Below, one piece after another: positions 7,021 to 14,390 of a stretch of 15,334 nt of DNA. The stretch is taken from positions 1 through 15,334 of the forward strand of contig JBCNVM010000018.1 of assembly GCA_039630085.1 (NCBI GenBank). Reading direction: 5' to 3'. The stretch comes from Candidatus Caldarchaeales archaeon. Its GTDB lineage: Archaea; Thermoproteota; Nitrososphaeria_A; Caldarchaeales; Calditenuaceae. Each line of letters opens with the position of its first letter. Positions within the stretch are counted from its first letter, which is position 1. Made by a program: the position numbers and the translations under genes. The notes beneath the pieces were generated by a model that worked only from the letters and a program-made list of their open reading frames with translations, did no database searches and was not told where the DNA came from.

Positions 7021-7731
7021 TTGGACCCGAAGTCGCTGAAGGCGGGCGTCAGGGAGAGGGTCTGGAGGGAGCTGGAGGAGCGGGGCATCGCGGCCTTCCC
7101 CACTCCTGTGCGGGGAAGGATACCGAACTTCAGGGGCGCCGAGAGGGCCGCGATGCTGCTGGCCGCGGACCCCGAGTTCGAGGGAGCGAGGGTGGTCAAG
7201 GTCAACCCCGACTCGCCCCAGGCCGCGGTGAGGAGGGAGGTGCTCAGGAGGGAGAAGCTGCTGGTGATGCCGACGCCGAGGCTGAGGGGAGGATTCCTGC
7301 TGGTCGACCCGCGCCTCGTCCCGAGGAGCGAGATCGACCGGGCCGCGACTATAAGGGGGGCCTTCGTCTACGGGAAGCCTGTCCACCCGAGGGACCTGCC
7401 GGAGGTCGACCTGATCGTGCTGGGCTCGGTCGCCGTCACGAGGGACGGCTGGAGGGTCGGGAAGGGAGAGGGCTACGCGGAGCTCGAGTACGCGCTGCTC
7501 AGGACGTTCGGGAAGGCCGACGAGGCCGTTAAGGTCTACACCACGGTCCACGAGCTCCAGCTGGTCGAGTTCATCCCCGCAGAGCCTTACGACGTCCCTG
7601 TCGACGCGATCTTCACCGAGAGGAGGGTCCTGAGGTGTCCGCCGAGGCCGAAGCCCGACCGGATCTACTGGGAGCTGCTCGAGGAGGAGAAGGTCTCCGA
7701 GATACCGCTGCTCAGGGAGCTCCGCGGCTGA
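7021..7731 (+). CDS. 5-formyltetrahydrofolate cyclo-ligase family protein
   Basis: IPNFRGAERAA, VNPDSPQ, LLVMPTPRL and GKGEGYAELEY resemble the archaeal MTHFS-like family. The upstream part of track ORF 6895-7731 would overlap divergent hisA. The in-frame TTG 7021 follows GGAGGAG and the TATA box. Confidence 0.65.
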   Translation: MDPKSLKAGVRERVWRELEERGIAAFPTPVRGRIPNFRGAERAAMLLAADPEFEGARVVKVNPDSPQAAVRREVLRREKLLVMPTPRLRGGFLLVDPRLVPRSEIDRAATIRGAFVYGKPVHPRDLPEVDLIVLGSVAVTRDGWRVGKGEGYAELEYALLRTFGKADEAVKVYTTVHELQLVEFIPAEPYDVPVDAIFTERRVLRCPPRPKPDRIYWELLEEEKVSEIPLLRELRG

Positions 7732-7744
7732 GCCTGAGCTCGGC

Positions 7745-8329
7745 TCACCTCCACTTCCTCAGGGGCTCAACGACCGCGAAGGGGCCCTCGCGCTCAGGCC
7801 TGTCCACCAGGTGCCCCACGCCCAGCGAGACCGGAAGCGGGGCCGCGAAGAGCGCGACCAGCTCGAGCGGCCTCTCGATAAGGAGGAAGGCGTTCAGCCT
7901 GTCTATCGCCGTGACCCAGCTATGGTCCCCGAAGGCCGTCGACATCACGTAGAAGCCCAGAAGCTGCCAGAGCCCGAAGACCGTCGCCGACCCGAGGAGC
8001 GGGGCCGCCGCGGAGCCTGACCTGCCAGCGCAGAGGCCCGCGACCGCGCCGGCGGCGAGCAGCGAGACCATCGGGTAGAACCCGCTGCCGGTGGAGACCA
8101 CGAACCCGTACCTCTCCACGGTGAGGCCTTCGCCGGCGAGCGCGGAGAGGGGAGCGAGGTGGAAGGCCAGGGACCTGTAGACCTCCGCTACGAGGGCCTG
8201 CTGGAGGTTGGGGAAGGGATAGGACGTGCTCCCGGAGAGGAGGCTGCCCATCCCGACCACCGTGAAGACGAAGCCGAGCAGGCCCCTGAGCGCGCCGCTC
8301 ACGGACCCGCGTCCCCCTGCCCCGCTCAT
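7745..8329 (-). CDS. hypothetical polytopic membrane protein (194 aa)
   Basis: The C-terminal two thirds of track ORF 7745-8662. Starts at the internal ATG (MSGAGGRG...). The upstream part is antisense to alaX and its promoter. Several hydrophobic segments are present. An AATATC box lies about 29 nt upstream. Confidence 0.6.
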   Translation of the reverse strand: MSGAGGRGSVSGALRGLLGFVFTVVGMGSLLSGSTSYPFPNLQQALVAEVYRSLAFHLAPLSALAGEGLTVERYGFVVSTGSGFYPMVSLLAAGAVAGLCAGRSGSAAAPLLGSATVFGLWQLLGFYVMSTAFGDHSWVTAIDRLNAFLLIERPLELVALFAAPLPVSLGVGHLVDRPEREGPFAVVEPLRKWR

Positions 8330-8412
8330 TAAGCCGTGACACGACTTCCGGCCTGGGATATTCGCAGGGGATTCCCCGTATGAGGCCTGATGCAGCCTGA
8401 AGGCCGGGAGTA

Positions 8413-8419
8413 AGTTTAT
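8413..8419 (+). promoter_or_regulatory. TATA-like box (AGTTTAT) for alaX
   Basis: Ends 25 nt before GTG 8444. Confidence 0.45.
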
Positions 8420-8443
8420 CCGCGATCGGGCGCGTCGAGTCCC

Positions 8444-9163
8444 GTGAGGCACGGAAGGACCGAGCTCCTCTACCTCGACGACAGCTACCTGAGGGAGTTC
8501 GAGGCCGAGGTGATCGGCGTCTCCGGGGGAGGCGTGGTGCTGGACGCGACGGCCTTCCACCCGACCGGCGGAGGGCTGGTCTCGGACGTCGGCGAGCTGA
8601 GGCACGGGTCGGGCGTAGCGCTGGTCAGGGAGGCGAGGTTCGGCGAGGAGGGCGTGGTCCACTTCTGCGAGGGGGAGCTCCCGGGGCCCGGCGAGAGGGT
8701 CCGCGGCGTCCTAGACTGGGAGAGGCGCTACAGGGTCATGAGGGCCCACACCGCGCTCCACGCGCTCTCCGCGGTCGTCGCGAGGGAGGCGGGCGCGCTG
8801 GTCACGGGCAACCAGGTCTCCCACGAGGAGTGCAGGGTCGACTTCGCCCTCGAGAGCCTCGACAGGGACCTCTTGCGGAGGCTGGTTGACCTGACCAACT
8901 CGGTCCTGAGGGAGGGCAGGCCTGTCAGGGTGAGGTGGATGAGCAGGGAGGAGGCGCTGAGGGTCCCCGGGATCACGAAGCTCGCCGACAGACTGCCTCC
9001 CGACGTGCCGGTCCTCAGGCTCGTCGAGATTGAAGGCGTCGACCTCCAGGCCGACGGTGGGCCCCACGTGGCCAACACGAGGGAGTGCGGCGAGATCGTG
9101 GTGCAGGGTTTCGAGAGCAAGGGTAAGCGGAATAAACGGCTCTACTTCAGGGTCGTCCCCTAG
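8444..9163 (+). CDS. alaX: AlaX-type alanyl-tRNA editing protein (Thr/Ala-tRNA synthetase second additional domain)
   Basis: TELLYLDDSYLREFEAEV...LDATAFHPTGGG N-domain, HTALH (HxxxH) and GGPHV...ECGEI in the C-terminal part. 239 aa. Confidence 0.8.
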   Translation: MRHGRTELLYLDDSYLREFEAEVIGVSGGGVVLDATAFHPTGGGLVSDVGELRHGSGVALVREARFGEEGVVHFCEGELPGPGERVRGVLDWERRYRVMRAHTALHALSAVVAREAGALVTGNQVSHEECRVDFALESLDRDLLRRLVDLTNSVLREGRPVRVRWMSREEALRVPGITKLADRLPPDVPVLRLVEIEGVDLQADGGPHVANTRECGEIVVQGFESKGKRNKRLYFRVVP

Positions 9164-9989
9164 CTCCGGCCCTTTCGAGGACCATCCTCGCGAGCCTGTA
9201 GTGGACCTCGTCGACCATGCTCCCCTCCAGTGTCGCCGAGGACCTGCCCGCTGACCTCGCGGCCTCCATGACCTCCACGACCCTCCTGGCCCACTCGACC
9301 TCCTCCCTAGTCGGCGAGAAGGCCTCGTTGATCACCGGCACCTGGTCCGGGTGGACCGCGAGCTTGCCGTCGTAGCCCAGCGACCTTGCCTCGAGGCACT
9401 CCTCCCTGAGCCCCTCGACGTCCGAGAGCTTAGCGTACGGCGTGTCTATGGCCAGGAGCCCGTGGGCCTTCGCCGCGATAGCGATAAGGGACTTCGCGAC
9501 CCTCAGGAGCTCCCTCGAGGGCGATGCCGTGCCCATGCTCAGCGCGAAGTCGAAGGAGCCGAACGCCAGCCCAACTATCGAGCTCCACGAGCCTGCGATT
9601 CCTGCGGCGCCGACGACGCCCTTCGCGCTCTCGATCAGCGCGACGACCTTCACCTCAGCCCCGATCTCCTCGACCTGCCTCCTGAGGGCATCGACCGAGT
9701 CCACGCCGTCGCACTTCGGGAGCACCAGGGCGTCGCAGCCCGCCTCGAGCGCCGCGGCCACGTCCTCCCTGAAGTGGGCGGTCCCCACGGAGTTCACCCT
9801 GACCATCACCTTGGAGCTGGAGTTGGACCTGACGTGCCTCGCGGCCCATCCGAGCGCCCTCCTCGCGTCGGCCTTCCTCTCCTCCGGCACCGAGTCCTCG
9901 AGGTCCAGTATGACCGCGTCGGCCCCGACGCCGGGCGCCCTCCTCACGAACCTCTCCACGTTCGCGGGGACGAAGAGCAGGCTCCTCAC
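9147..9989 (-). CDS. CitE-like (citryl/malyl-CoA) lyase beta-subunit family protein, HpcH/HpaI fold
   Basis: RSLLFVPANVERFVRRAPGVGADAVILDLEDSVPEERKADAR is the family N-terminal signature. 280 aa, GTG start. Confidence 0.75.
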   Translation of the reverse strand: MRSLLFVPANVERFVRRAPGVGADAVILDLEDSVPEERKADARRALGWAARHVRSNSSSKVMVRVNSVGTAHFREDVAAALEAGCDALVLPKCDGVDSVDALRRQVEEIGAEVKVVALIESAKGVVGAAGIAGSWSSIVGLAFGSFDFALSMGTASPSRELLRVAKSLIAIAAKAHGLLAIDTPYAKLSDVEGLREECLEARSLGYDGKLAVHPDQVPVINEAFSPTREEVEWARRVVEVMEAARSAGRSSATLEGSMVDEVHYRLARMVLERAGARGRP

Positions 9990-10012
9990 GCCCCTGACGT
10001 GAAGGGGTCACC

Positions 10013-10020
10013 GATTTATT
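10013..10020. promoter_or_regulatory. single A/T-rich box (GATTTATT) shared by the divergent CitE-like and HD-domain genes
   Basis: 24 nt from GTG 9989 (minus) and 26 nt from ATG 10046 (plus), in a 56-bp intergenic region. Confidence 0.45.
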
Positions 10021-10045
10021 CCGTGCGACGGACTTCGGGTAGGGC

Positions 10046-10846
10046 ATGGTTAGGGTCTCGGCTTCCCTCGTCAGGGAGAAGGTGAGGGGTTGGCCGAAGC
10101 TCGAGGAGATGCTCGAGCTCCTCGAGGGCGACGAGGAGCTCCAGGACATGCTGGCCCTCTGCAACGAGATGGTCGTCGCGAGGCTCTACTACAACGACCA
10201 CGGCCCTACCCACGCCAGGATAGTCGCGGGGTCGGCGCTGGAGATCGCCGACATCCTCTCCGGAGCGGGCGTGAGGTTCTCGACGGTCGGGCAGGACGGC
10301 CTCACGCAGGAGGACGCGAGGCTGATCGTGATGGCCGGTGCCTACCTCCACGACATCGGGAACATGGTCCACAGGGCGTACCACCACCTGGTCGGGGTCT
10401 ACCTCGCTGACAGGGTGCTCAGGAACCTGCTCCCGAAGGTCTACGGCAGGGGGAGGGTCGAGAGGAGGGTGAGGCAGGAGGTGCTCCACACCGTCCTCTC
10501 CCACGACGAGTCCGTCCAGTCGCTCACCGTCGAGGCCGGGGTCGTCAAGGTCGCCGACGGCACCGACATGTCCGGGGGCAGGGCGAGGGTCCCGTACAGG
10601 CACGGGAAGTCCGACATCCACGCCTTTTCGGCGCTCTCGATCACCTCGGTCGAGCTGGAGAGGGGCGACCGGAGGCCTCTCAGGATCGATGTGAACATGG
10701 TCAACGAGGCCGGTGTCTTCCAGGTCGAGGAGGTGCTCGCGAGGAAGATCGCGACCTCGGGGATGGAGGAGCTGGTCTCGGTGAGGATGCTGAAGTCCGG
10801 CCAGGTGCTCAAGGAGCTCACGGACTTCAGGAGGAGGGCCGTCTAG
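10046..10846 (+). CDS. HD-domain metal-dependent phosphohydrolase
   Basis: HGPTHARIV ... AGAYLHDIGN ... HH ... KVADGTD pattern (H...HD...D). 266 aa. Confidence 0.7.
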   Translation: MVRVSASLVREKVRGWPKLEEMLELLEGDEELQDMLALCNEMVVARLYYNDHGPTHARIVAGSALEIADILSGAGVRFSTVGQDGLTQEDARLIVMAGAYLHDIGNMVHRAYHHLVGVYLADRVLRNLLPKVYGRGRVERRVRQEVLHTVLSHDESVQSLTVEAGVVKVADGTDMSGGRARVPYRHGKSDIHAFSALSITSVELERGDRRPLRIDVNMVNEAGVFQVEEVLARKIATSGMEELVSVRMLKSGQVLKELTDFRRRAV

Positions 10847-10914
10847 CGCGATACGGTCCGTCGACGAACGTTCATAGTCCGGCCGGGACAATTAGGTGTG
10901 GAGGCTGGTCCCCC

Positions 10915-12219
10915 TTGATGGGCGTCTCCGAGCTCAGGGGCCTCTACGTCTCCAGGGGCATCTCGACCCTCCACCCGGTCACGGTGGTCAGGGGCAGGAA
11001 CGCGGTCCTCTACGCCGACGACGGCACCGAGTACATCGACTTCACCAGTGGGGTAGGCGTGACGAACCTCGGCCACTGCGACGAGGAGCTGATCTCGGCG
11101 GCGGTCGAGCAGCTGAGGAGGCTCTGGCACGTCTGCTTCGCGGTCGCCCAGTACGAGCCCTACGTCCGGCTCGCCGAGAGGCTCTCCGAGGTGGCCCCGA
11201 CCGGCGGGAGGAACAAGGCCGCGCTCTTCAACAGCGGCGCCGAGGCCGTGGAGAACGCGGTCAAGGTCGCGAAGCTGGCGACCGGCAGGCCCTTCGTCGT
11301 CTCCTTCCTCAACTCCTTCCACGGCAGGACCTGGCTCGCGCTCACCGCGACGGGCAAGTACCTCCCCTACAAGGCTGGGCTCGAGCCCTTCGTCCCTAAC
11401 GTCGTCCACGCGCCGTACCCTTACTGCTACCGCTGCCCCTTCAACTCGACGTACCCAGAGTGCGGCCTGGTCTGCCTCGACTACCTCAAGAGGTGGGTCT
11501 TCGGCGCGCAGGTCCCTCCCGACAGGGTCTCCGCGGTCCTCTTCGAGCCAGTCCAGGGCGAGGGAGGGTTCGTCGTGCCACCAGGGGACTACGTCAGGGA
11601 GCTCAGGTCCTTCCTCAGCGACCGCGGCGTCCTGCTGGTCGACGACGAGGTCCAAGCCGGGATGGGGAGGACGGGGAGGCTCTTCGCGATCGAGCACTTC
11701 GGCGTCGAGCCCGACCTCATCGCCCTCGGGAAAGCCCTCGCCAACGGCCTCCCGATCTCTGCGGTCGTGGGCAGGTCCGAGCTGATGGACGCGGTCCACC
11801 CGATGGGCCTCGGGACGACCTTCGGGGGCAATCCGGTCGCGGCGGCCGTGGCGCTGAAGGTCCTCGATGCGATCGGGGAGAGGAGGATCCTCGAGAGGGC
11901 GAGGGAGGTCGGCGAGGTCATCGCCTCCAGGCTCGAGGGACTCGCGGAGCGCTTCGAGTTCGTCGGCGACGCGAGGGGTCTGGGCGCGATGAGGGCGGTC
12001 GAGTTCGTGAGGGACAGGAGGACGAAGGAGCCCGCCGCCGACCTGACGGAGGCCGTCGTCGCGGCCGCGAGGAGGAGGGGGCTGCTCCTGCTCAAGGGCG
12101 GACTCTACGGGAACGTGATCAGGCTCCACCCGCCCCTGACGATAGAGCGGGAGCTCCTAGAGGAGGGGCTCGACAGGCTCGAGGACTCGATCGAGGAGGC
12201 CTCCAAGGGCGTCCGGTGA
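10915..12219 (+). CDS. class-III PLP-dependent aminotransferase (4-aminobutyrate/ornithine aminotransferase-like)
   Basis: FTSGVGVTNLGH, NSGAEAVENAVK, FHGRT, FEPVQGEGG, DEVQAGMGRTG, GKALANGLP (PLP Lys) and TFGGNP. The track starts at TTG 10915; ATG 10918 is equally possible. Confidence 0.88.
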   Translation: MMGVSELRGLYVSRGISTLHPVTVVRGRNAVLYADDGTEYIDFTSGVGVTNLGHCDEELISAAVEQLRRLWHVCFAVAQYEPYVRLAERLSEVAPTGGRNKAALFNSGAEAVENAVKVAKLATGRPFVVSFLNSFHGRTWLALTATGKYLPYKAGLEPFVPNVVHAPYPYCYRCPFNSTYPECGLVCLDYLKRWVFGAQVPPDRVSAVLFEPVQGEGGFVVPPGDYVRELRSFLSDRGVLLVDDEVQAGMGRTGRLFAIEHFGVEPDLIALGKALANGLPISAVVGRSELMDAVHPMGLGTTFGGNPVAAAVALKVLDAIGERRILERAREVGEVIASRLEGLAERFEFVGDARGLGAMRAVEFVRDRRTKEPAADLTEAVVAAARRRGLLLLKGGLYGNVIRLHPPLTIERELLEEGLDRLEDSIEEASKGVR

Positions 12220-12229
12220 GGCGGAGAGG

Positions 12230-12236
12230 ATTTAAG
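12230..12236 (+). promoter_or_regulatory. TATA-like box (ATTTAAG) upstream of small ORF 12261-12476
   Basis: Ends 25 nt before the in-frame TTG at 12261. Confidence 0.35.
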
Positions 12237-12260
12237 TTCACGGAGAGGTGTGGGGTCGGC

Positions 12261-12476
12261 TTGACGGCCGTCGACCCCGTTCAGGAGCTCAGGCACCTGG
12301 TCAAGGGTCTCGCGGAGTGCGCCTCGATGTACGGCGGGATCGCGATCAGGGTAAAGGACCCCTCGAGGTTCCCCTGGGGCGAGGTCTTCACGAGGCTCCT
12401 CTCGATGGGCCACGAGGTCTGGCTCGAGCTCGAGGAGGGTCAGATCGTGATCTACTCCAGGCCTCCCACCGAGTGA
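12261..12476 (+). CDS. hypothetical small protein (71 aa)
   Basis: The tail of track ORF 11460-12476 that lies beyond the aminotransferase stop. Host-like codon usage, and a non-repetitive sequence (TAVDPVQELRHLVKGLAECASMYGGIAIRVKDPSRFPWGEVFTRLLSMGHEVWLELEEGQIVIYSRPPTE). TTG start at the canonical distance from a TATA box. Confidence 0.45.
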   Translation: MTAVDPVQELRHLVKGLAECASMYGGIAIRVKDPSRFPWGEVFTRLLSMGHEVWLELEEGQIVIYSRPPTE

Positions 12477-12498
12477 TCCGGACGAATCGTGCTCAGGG

Positions 12499-12505
12499 CT
12501 TAAAT
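12499..12505 (+). promoter_or_regulatory. TATA-like box (CTTAAAT) for the htrA-like gene
   Basis: Ends 27 nt before ATG 12532. Confidence 0.45.
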
Positions 12506-12531
12506 CGTGCGGCGGGCCCGTCGGGCCAGGC

Positions 12532-13716
12532 ATGAAGGCGCTCGCCAACGCCGCGCTGGCCCTCAGTGTCGTCGCGCTCCTGTTGGTCGGGCTGGTGGTC
12601 CTTCAGATCGAGGACGTCGGCACCACCCTAGAGGCCATCAGGGGCAGGCTCCAGTCGCTCGAGCTGAACGTCAGCGCTGTCCAGGCCGCCGTCACAAGGA
12701 CCGTCACGGTCACCACGACGCCCGCTCAGACCGCAGTCCTCCCGCCGCCGCAGATCGCTCATCTGAACATCACCGAGCTCTTCGAGCGGGTCAAGCACTC
12801 CGTGGTGGTCGTCAGGGTCTACTACAGGTTCACGTCCGGGATAGGGTCGGGCTTCGTCTACGACGAGCGCGGCCACATAATAACCAATCAGCACGTGGTC
12901 GCCGACGCGGTCGCGATCTTCGTCGACTTCCTCGACAGGACGACGCTGCCCGCGAGGGTCGTGGGGACCGACGTCGACACGGACCTGGCCGTGATCAAGG
13001 TCGACCCGCCTCCCGAGATGAGGCTCGTCCCGCTCCCGCTCGGGGACTCCAAGTCCCTCAAGATAGGGGACACCGTGATAGCCGTCGGCAACCCGTTCGG
13101 GCTCCAGGGGTCCGTCACGGTCGGGATCGTCAGCCAGAAGGGGAGGCTGCTCCCGTCGGGCAGGGGCTACCTCATCCCCGGGGTGATCCAGATAGACGCG
13201 GCGATCAACCGGGGCAACTCAGGGGGGCCGCTGCTAAACTCGAGGGGCGAGGTGGTGGGCGTCACGACGGCCATCGAGACGACCACGGGCCTCTTCGCTG
13301 GGGTAGGGTACGCGATACCGTCCTCGATCGTCAAGAGGGTCGTCCCCGAGCTGATCGCGAAGGGCCGCTTCTCCCACAGCTACATAGGGATCTCAGGGAA
13401 GGAGATCAATTCGATGGTCGCGCAGCAGCTGGGTTTCCCGTTCAAGAGCGGCCTCCTGATCGAGAACGTCTCCCCTAACAGCCCCGCCGCCACAGCCGGC
13501 CTCAGGGGAGGGAACAGGGCCACGACGATCGCCGGCGAGAACTACGTCGTCGGGGGCGACCTAATAATCGCGGTCGACGGCCAGCCCGTGACCTCCCTCG
13601 ACGACCTCCTCAACTACCTGATCGAGAACACCTCGCCCGGCACCAGGGTTACCCTCACGGTCTACAGGGACGGCCAGGTCAGGAACGTCGAGGTCGTGCT
13701 GGGAGTCAGGCCCTGA
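12532..13716 (+). CDS. HtrA/DegP-family serine protease with N-terminal membrane anchor and C-terminal PDZ domain
   Basis: Catalytic triad contexts HIITNQHVV, DTDLAVIKV and GNSGGPLLN. Hydrophobic N-terminus ALALSVVALLLVGLVVL. PDZ-like GLLIENVSPNSPAATAGLRGGN...GDLIIAVDGQPV. Confidence 0.88.
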   Translation: MKALANAALALSVVALLLVGLVVLQIEDVGTTLEAIRGRLQSLELNVSAVQAAVTRTVTVTTTPAQTAVLPPPQIAHLNITELFERVKHSVVVVRVYYRFTSGIGSGFVYDERGHIITNQHVVADAVAIFVDFLDRTTLPARVVGTDVDTDLAVIKVDPPPEMRLVPLPLGDSKSLKIGDTVIAVGNPFGLQGSVTVGIVSQKGRLLPSGRGYLIPGVIQIDAAINRGNSGGPLLNSRGEVVGVTTAIETTTGLFAGVGYAIPSSIVKRVVPELIAKGRFSHSYIGISGKEINSMVAQQLGFPFKSGLLIENVSPNSPAATAGLRGGNRATTIAGENYVVGGDLIIAVDGQPVTSLDDLLNYLIENTSPGTRVTLTVYRDGQVRNVEVVLGVRP

Positions 13717-13724
13717 CGCATCGG

Positions 13725-13733
13725 CTTTATATT
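13725..13733 (+). promoter_or_regulatory. TATA box (CTTTATATT) for the GNAT gene
   Basis: Ends 27 nt before ATG 13760. Confidence 0.5.
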
Positions 13734-13759
13734 CCGAGCGAATCCTCAGCTCGGGAGCC

Positions 13760-14242
13760 ATGTCCTCCGAGTTCAGGATCAGGAGGGCGACGCAGGCGGA
13801 CCTCGAGGCGCTCGTGGACCTGCTGATCAGGAACAAGAGGCTCAACGAGGAGTTCGACCCGATGCTCGCGGTCTCTAGCGAGATCCGCTCCGCCGCGCGC
13901 AAGTACCTCTCAAACGCGCTCTCCGACGACAGGTCGCTCGTCCTGGTGGCCGAGGACCAGAGGGGTAGGCCGACGGCCTTCCTGAAGGCCGACATCGTCG
14001 ACAGGGTCTTCTACTCCCCGGAGAAGGAGGGCGTCATCAGGGAGTTCTACGTCCTTCCGGAGTACAGGAGGAAGGGGTTGGGGAAGCTGATGATCGACGA
14101 GGCGTTCAAGGAGCTGACGGGCATGGGCGCGGGCGTCATCACCGCGGAGTTCCCCTCCCAGCACAAGATCGCGGTCTCGTTCTACGAGAGCATGGGCTTC
14201 AGGCCGCTCTTCAGCAAGTACGCGAAGGAGCTGAAGAAGTGA
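13760..14242 (+). CDS. GNAT-family N-acetyltransferase
   Basis: 160 aa. IRRATQADLEAL start and the acetyl-CoA motif YRRKGLGKLMIDEA (R/Q-x-x-G-x-G/A). Confidence 0.8.
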   Translation: MSSEFRIRRATQADLEALVDLLIRNKRLNEEFDPMLAVSSEIRSAARKYLSNALSDDRSLVLVAEDQRGRPTAFLKADIVDRVFYSPEKEGVIREFYVLPEYRRKGLGKLMIDEAFKELTGMGAGVITAEFPSQHKIAVSFYESMGFRPLFSKYAKELKK

Positions 14243-14244
14243 GC

Positions 14245-14271
14245 TGGTGCGGCCGCCGGGATTTGAACCCG
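14245..14271 (-). other. isolated 3'-terminal tRNA fragment (T-arm from position 50, acceptor 3' strand, discriminator, CCA); putative att-site remnant
   Basis: The minus strand reads CGGG TTCAAAT CCCGG CGGCCGC A CCA. The base at position 49 (A) cannot pair with G65. No GCGGCCG 5' acceptor, D-arm or anticodon arm lies upstream. Confidence 0.6.
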
Positions 14272-14357
14272 TCAATTGAGCTAGGAGATAACTTAGTCGG
14301 CACTTTGTCTGAGAAAAGCGGCCATTTTTATGGGTTAACATCCCCATTTAAAGGACG

Positions 14358-14364
14358 CTTATAG
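14358..14364 (+). promoter_or_regulatory. TATA-like box (CTTATAG) for the methyltransferase ORF
   Basis: Ends 27 nt before ATG 14391. Further A/T boxes lie at 14324-14331 and 14345-14353. Confidence 0.4.
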
Positions 14365-14390
14365 TCAGGCGCTAATTGGGTCCTCTGAGG

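Noticed and set aside
6268-7551. 427-aa minus-strand ORF spanning hisA and the cyclo-ligase-like gene, plus 6276-6992 plus
   Set aside because: It runs through two well-supported genes in the wrong frame or strand. The R/P/G/D-rich composition has no motifs.
10016-12129. Long minus-strand ORFs 10016-10891 (291 aa) and 10843-12129 (428 aa)
   Set aside because: Antisense to the HD-domain and aminotransferase genes. The composition is shadow-frame-like (R, P, D, E, G dominated).
11460-13478. Plus-strand alternate-frame ORFs 11460-12476 (N-terminal 267 codons) and 12507-13478 (323 aa)
   Set aside because: Extremely Arg/Gly-rich frames overlapping the aminotransferase and HtrA genes. Only the tail of 11460-12476, beyond the aminotransferase stop, was kept as a possible small gene.
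621-14271. Idea that the 5'-good tRNA-like gene (621-692) and the 3' tRNA fragment (14245-14271) are two halves of one split tRNA
   Set aside because: The acceptor strands are not complementary (GCCCCGG versus CGGCCGC). The first element also already carries its own matching 3' acceptor strand.
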